64,000 nt of DNA from Bacteroidia bacterium. Its GTDB lineage: Bacteria; Bacteroidota; Bacteroidia; M30B66. Both the position numbers and the translations under genes were made by a program. Position 1 is the first letter of the stretch. Every line of letters starts with the position of its first letter. Where the stretch lies: positions 2,016,001 to 2,080,000 of the forward strand of contig OZ257142.1 of assembly GCA_965279035.1 (NCBI GenBank), in the 5' to 3' direction. The notes below the pieces were generated by a model. That model ran no database searches. It was given only the letters and a program-made list of their open reading frames with translations, and was not told where the DNA came from. Shown piece after piece: positions 60,501-64,000 of the stretch.

Positions 60501-61538
60501 TCAATTATTAAGAATGTTTTTTCTGATTGCATTCATTCTTTTAGATAAAGGAAATTCATTCATAATTCGATTTCTACATAGATTAGAATTGTCAATTGTT
60601 GGTTCAGGAAGATTCTTAATTAATTCAACTAATTGATTTTTATTTTTATGTTTTAATATATAACCAGTTTCACCAATTATTTTTGGTATTGCTGCAACAT
60701 TGCTCCCAATGGGAATACAACCACACAACATCGCTTCACAAATTGCATTTGGAAACCCTTCTGAAATTGATAATTGCATGTAGTATTGGTGTTTCTTAAA
60801 TAACTGATTTAGTAAATCGTGATCAGCAAAATTTACTAGTCGAATATTATTGGGGACTTCAATATCAAATGAAAAACGGTTATTACCAACAATTGTAAAT
60901 GAATATAACGGAAATGCTTTTGCTGCTTCAATTACAAGATCAAGTCCTTTCAATATAAATCTTCTATATTCTTCAGACCCCGCAGCAACAGATATAAAGG
61001 AATTCGGTTCTTTTATTAATTCAATTTTCCAATCATCAGCTGAATAACCATTATGTATTACTTCAAATTTTGCCTTTGTATTCGGACAATATTGAAGAAT
61101 TCCTTGAAATTGATTTTGCTCTAAATCATATGTGTTTTGAGTTTGAATGAGTGATTCATCCACAGGCCAAATATCACTGCATAAATTAAAACTCCAACGA
61201 GTGAATGTTCCTAGCAATTTATTTTGGAAATTTCCATAATTGAGTTTTGGGAAACTAACACAGTCAGTTCCTCCCGCAATGATTATACATCTTTTACCAA
61301 TTATTTTTGAAAATAAAGTGGGTAGAAAAGTATGATATCCTCCAAACATGCAGATTAATACATCACTTCTCCAAATATTTATAAGAAGAAAAAGTTTTTG
61401 TTTAATGAAACTGACTGGAGTTTTCCATTTAGCAGAAGGAGCAAAAATAGATACATCAACTTTTGCGAAATCTTTCAATAATTCGATATCCTTCTTAACA
61501 AATGAAGGAGTAGAAGTGCAGAAATAAAGAATTCGCAT
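60501..61538 (-). CDS. Glycosyltransferase family 4
   Basis: VIHNG, KGLDLVIEAA, SISEGFPNAICEAMLCGCIPIGSNV (EX7E motif). Confidence 0.9.
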   Translation of the reverse strand: MRILYFCTSTPSFVKKDIELLKDFAKVDVSIFAPSAKWKTPVSFIKQKLFLLINIWRSDVLICMFGGYHTFLPTLFSKIIGKRCIIIAGGTDCVSFPKLNYGNFQNKLLGTFTRWSFNLCSDIWPVDESLIQTQNTYDLEQNQFQGILQYCPNTKAKFEVIHNGYSADDWKIELIKEPNSFISVAAGSEEYRRFILKGLDLVIEAAKAFPLYSFTIVGNNRFSFDIEVPNNIRLVNFADHDLLNQLFKKHQYYMQLSISEGFPNAICEAMLCGCIPIGSNVAAIPKIIGETGYILKHKNKNQLVELIKNLPEPTIDNSNLCRNRIMNEFPLSKRMNAIRKNILNN

Positions 61539-61546
61539 AAAAATTA

Positions 61547-62272
61547 TTAATTAAATGCCCTAAACCATTCAATCAACTTAAGTTTATACTTTGATTGCTT
61601 GGGCATCGACTTATAACTACGTTTTACTGAAAATAATATCCAATTATAATCCGGTTCAACAGTAAATAATGAATAGCGTTCATAAATTTCAATCATCAAA
61701 GGAGTATTTTCAATCGCTTTAGCGAAGTCTTCTATATAAAGAGATTGATCAATGATTTGTAATAATTGGGGAGCAGAAGCACGCACATAATTTAAAGATA
61801 TAGGATCAGGAATATGAATCGCAATCTTAGTTCCTTCATGTATTGCATTCGATAATAGTTTAAAAATGGCATTATGCTGCTCTTTAGGAATATGCTCTAG
61901 AACATCTGGAAATATAATAAAGTCAAACTTACCATTGGGTTTGAAATCCGACATATCAGAAACGATGTATTGAATGTGTTTCTGATTTTCAGTTCTTTTT
62001 TTTGCAATTTCAATGCTTTCCGGACTAATATCGGCAGCTATCAATTCACCATCTTTTAAGTAAGCTCCTAACAATCCTGTAAGCGTTCCTATTCCACAAC
62101 CAACTTCAAGAACTCTATGATTGGATTTTAATCCTGCTTTTTTTAGACGTTGAAGAATCGTATAATGACGAATATGAACACCTGTGTTTTGCTGTTGTGT
62201 ACTAAATTGATCGTAGTATTCTGAAACGTTAGTTCCCACAATATTAATTTTTGACAAATCTAAAGTATTCAT
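61547..62272 (-). CDS. Class I SAM-dependent methyltransferase
   Basis: VLEVGCGIG, ADISPESI, FDFIIFPDVLEHI. Confidence 0.9.
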   Translation of the reverse strand: MNTLDLSKINIVGTNVSEYYDQFSTQQQNTGVHIRHYTILQRLKKAGLKSNHRVLEVGCGIGTLTGLLGAYLKDGELIAADISPESIEIAKKRTENQKHIQYIVSDMSDFKPNGKFDFIIFPDVLEHIPKEQHNAIFKLLSNAIHEGTKIAIHIPDPISLNYVRASAPQLLQIIDQSLYIEDFAKAIENTPLMIEIYERYSLFTVEPDYNWILFSVKRSYKSMPKQSKYKLKLIEWFRAFN

Positions 62273-62464
62273 TGATTTATTTGAGTACGATTTAGGAATC
62301 CAATCTCTTTAATAAGAAAAACGATTTAGTTTAAATAGTTGATTTGTGATTTGCAATAAACTTAAAATAGGCTTGAATGAATTATTTGCTTTTTTTTTAA
62401 CTGATGTTTGTAGTTTGTAATACAAAAATTCTATTTTTGATAATTAAACTAACCTTAACCTAAA

Positions 62465-64000
62465 ATGAAAAAACTCCTAACTTTATTTTTAGGCTGTTCT
62501 CTTGCAATAAATGCAATAGCTCAGCTTGAAAACGATCCTGCCATAATTGCTTTTTATCCTTTCAATGGAAATGGAAATGATATCTCAGGCAATGGATTTA
62601 ATGCAACGCTCAATGGCCCCTCGAATTATTCAAATGATCGAAATGGAAATTCGAATTCAGCCTTTTCTTTCGATGGTTCTAGTAATTATTTTACTATAAA
62701 TAATGTAAATAGCACATTTAAGCCAACTCAATTTCCCGTTTCAATTAGTACTTGGATTCGAATTCCTCAGAATTATCAAGGTGTTTTTACTTTCTTTAAA
62801 AATGATTTTGCTCAAAATATCTATTCAGGTATAAGAGGGACTGTCATTTCATCTGGTGTAATTACAATTGGTTTAGAAAATGGAGGTCCTATTGGTTCTG
62901 GTTCAAGAAGAACTAAAACAGGAACAACTAATATTAAAGATGGACAATGGCATCTCATAACCTGTGTAATCAGAGGTTTTAGTAACATGGACATTTTTGT
63001 TGATTGCCACAATGATGGTGGTGCCTATTCTGGTGGAGCAAATACTTTGTTTTACGGAGCTCAAAACTCAGGTATTATTGGGGCTTATGATGGAGTATTA
63101 GGAAATACCGGATTGGACTATGCATTAGGTGATATTGACCAACTAATCTTTATTGGAAGAGAATTAACATTAAGTGAAATCCAAACTTTGTATTTTAATC
63201 AAACAGCTTCTATTACAGGTGAAACAGTAATTTGCCCAAATAGTAGTACAACTTTAACTGCTCATGGAGGTACTTCCTATTTATGGGATAATGGTTCAAC
63301 AGATGCTCAAAGAATTATATCTAATACTGGAATATATCATGTAACAGTATTAAATAATGGATCATGTTCAAGAGATTTATATGTAGAAGTAACTCAAGCA
63401 AACGTTTCCCCTCTCCTCATTTCAGCAAACACTCCAACTAGCTTTTGCCTAGGTGGTTCTGTTCAACTCAATGTAAATGCTGATGGTGGTTTTCATTGGA
63501 ATGATGGTTCTACTCAAAATCCAAGAACTGTTTCTAGCACTGGAGATTATTACGTAACAGCCAACGAAGGATGTACAAATGTATCTAACTCCATTCATGT
63601 TCAAGTGTATGATAATCCGGCTCAACCAACTATTACTCCTTCAGGTCCTTTGAGTTTTATTCAAGGTGGATCTGTAGTATTAAGTTCATCCAGTGCTGCT
63701 GCTTATTTATGGAATCCAGGATCTCAATCTTCAGCACAAATTGAAGTTACTACAACCGGTGATTTTTCAGTTCAAATTACCAATGAACATGGTTGTCATG
63801 CTACATCTCAAGCGGTTCATGTTTCTGTTTTACCAGATGTGCCTCCTGTAAATTCTAGCTGTACTGCTGTAGAAGTAATGAGTTATAATCCAAAGAAACG
63901 CAATGATGGTACTTTCTTACTACCTTCTCGTACTATTTCTTCTAAAGCTTTAGGACTAGCTCAAAATTCTGATTCTCCAAGTACTGAAGAACTATTTAAT
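62465..64000 (+). CDS. Partial (runs off window end) secreted LamG-like plus Ig-like domain protein
   Basis: Not in the ORF track. ATG 62465, open to the edge: MKKLLTLFLGCSLAINAIA|Q..AFYPFNGNGNDISGNG..DRNGNSNSAFSFDG..DGQWHLITCV..GDIDQL, then SYLW..GST..TG.Y.V repeats. Confidence 0.85.
   Translation, partial: MKKLLTLFLGCSLAINAIAQLENDPAIIAFYPFNGNGNDISGNGFNATLNGPSNYSNDRNGNSNSAFSFDGSSNYFTINNVNSTFKPTQFPVSISTWIRIPQNYQGVFTFFKNDFAQNIYSGIRGTVISSGVITIGLENGGPIGSGSRRTKTGTTNIKDGQWHLITCVIRGFSNMDIFVDCHNDGGAYSGGANTLFYGAQNSGIIGAYDGVLGNTGLDYALGDIDQLIFIGRELTLSEIQTLYFNQTASITGETVICPNSSTTLTAHGGTSYLWDNGSTDAQRIISNTGIYHVTVLNNGSCSRDLYVEVTQANVSPLLISANTPTSFCLGGSVQLNVNADGGFHWNDGSTQNPRTVSSTGDYYVTANEGCTNVSNSIHVQVYDNPAQPTITPSGPLSFIQGGSVVLSSSSAAAYLWNPGSQSSAQIEVTTTGDFSVQITNEHGCHATSQAVHVSVLPDVPPVNSSCTAVEVMSYNPKKRNDGTFLLPSRTISSKALGLAQNSDSPSTEELFN

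Overview
AT-rich Bacteroidota chromosomal window (TAnnTTTG promoters, T9SS-type C-terminal domains, signal peptides cleaving before Gln). It has dnaE, a 23.4-kb gene for a 7795-aa T9SS-secreted surface protein with eight ~600-aa tandem modules, fabH and acpH, a second T9SS cargo protein, a MacA/MacB-permease/TolC operon with no ATPase, a lone ORF6N (KilA-N-like) gene and carB. The right half holds a split surface-glycan locus (YfhO, AsnB, Wzy-like, GT4s, flippase, methyltransferase) interleaved with rlmH, nadC, yihY and an M1 peptidase with a probable beta-barrel tail. No rRNA, tRNA, CRISPR, transposase or integrase was seen. The most unusual signals are non-coding: (1) a 28-bp palindrome inside the ORF6N coding sequence (LKSQIATSS) that recurs 435 bp upstream; (2) a tandem array of ~250-265-nt structured repeats at 58.2-58.9 kb with an invariant 38-nt core; (3) a 113-bp composite REP-like array at 27.9-28.2 kb that shares an exact 21-bp element with array (2). 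All family calls come from reading motifs by eye; no searches were run.
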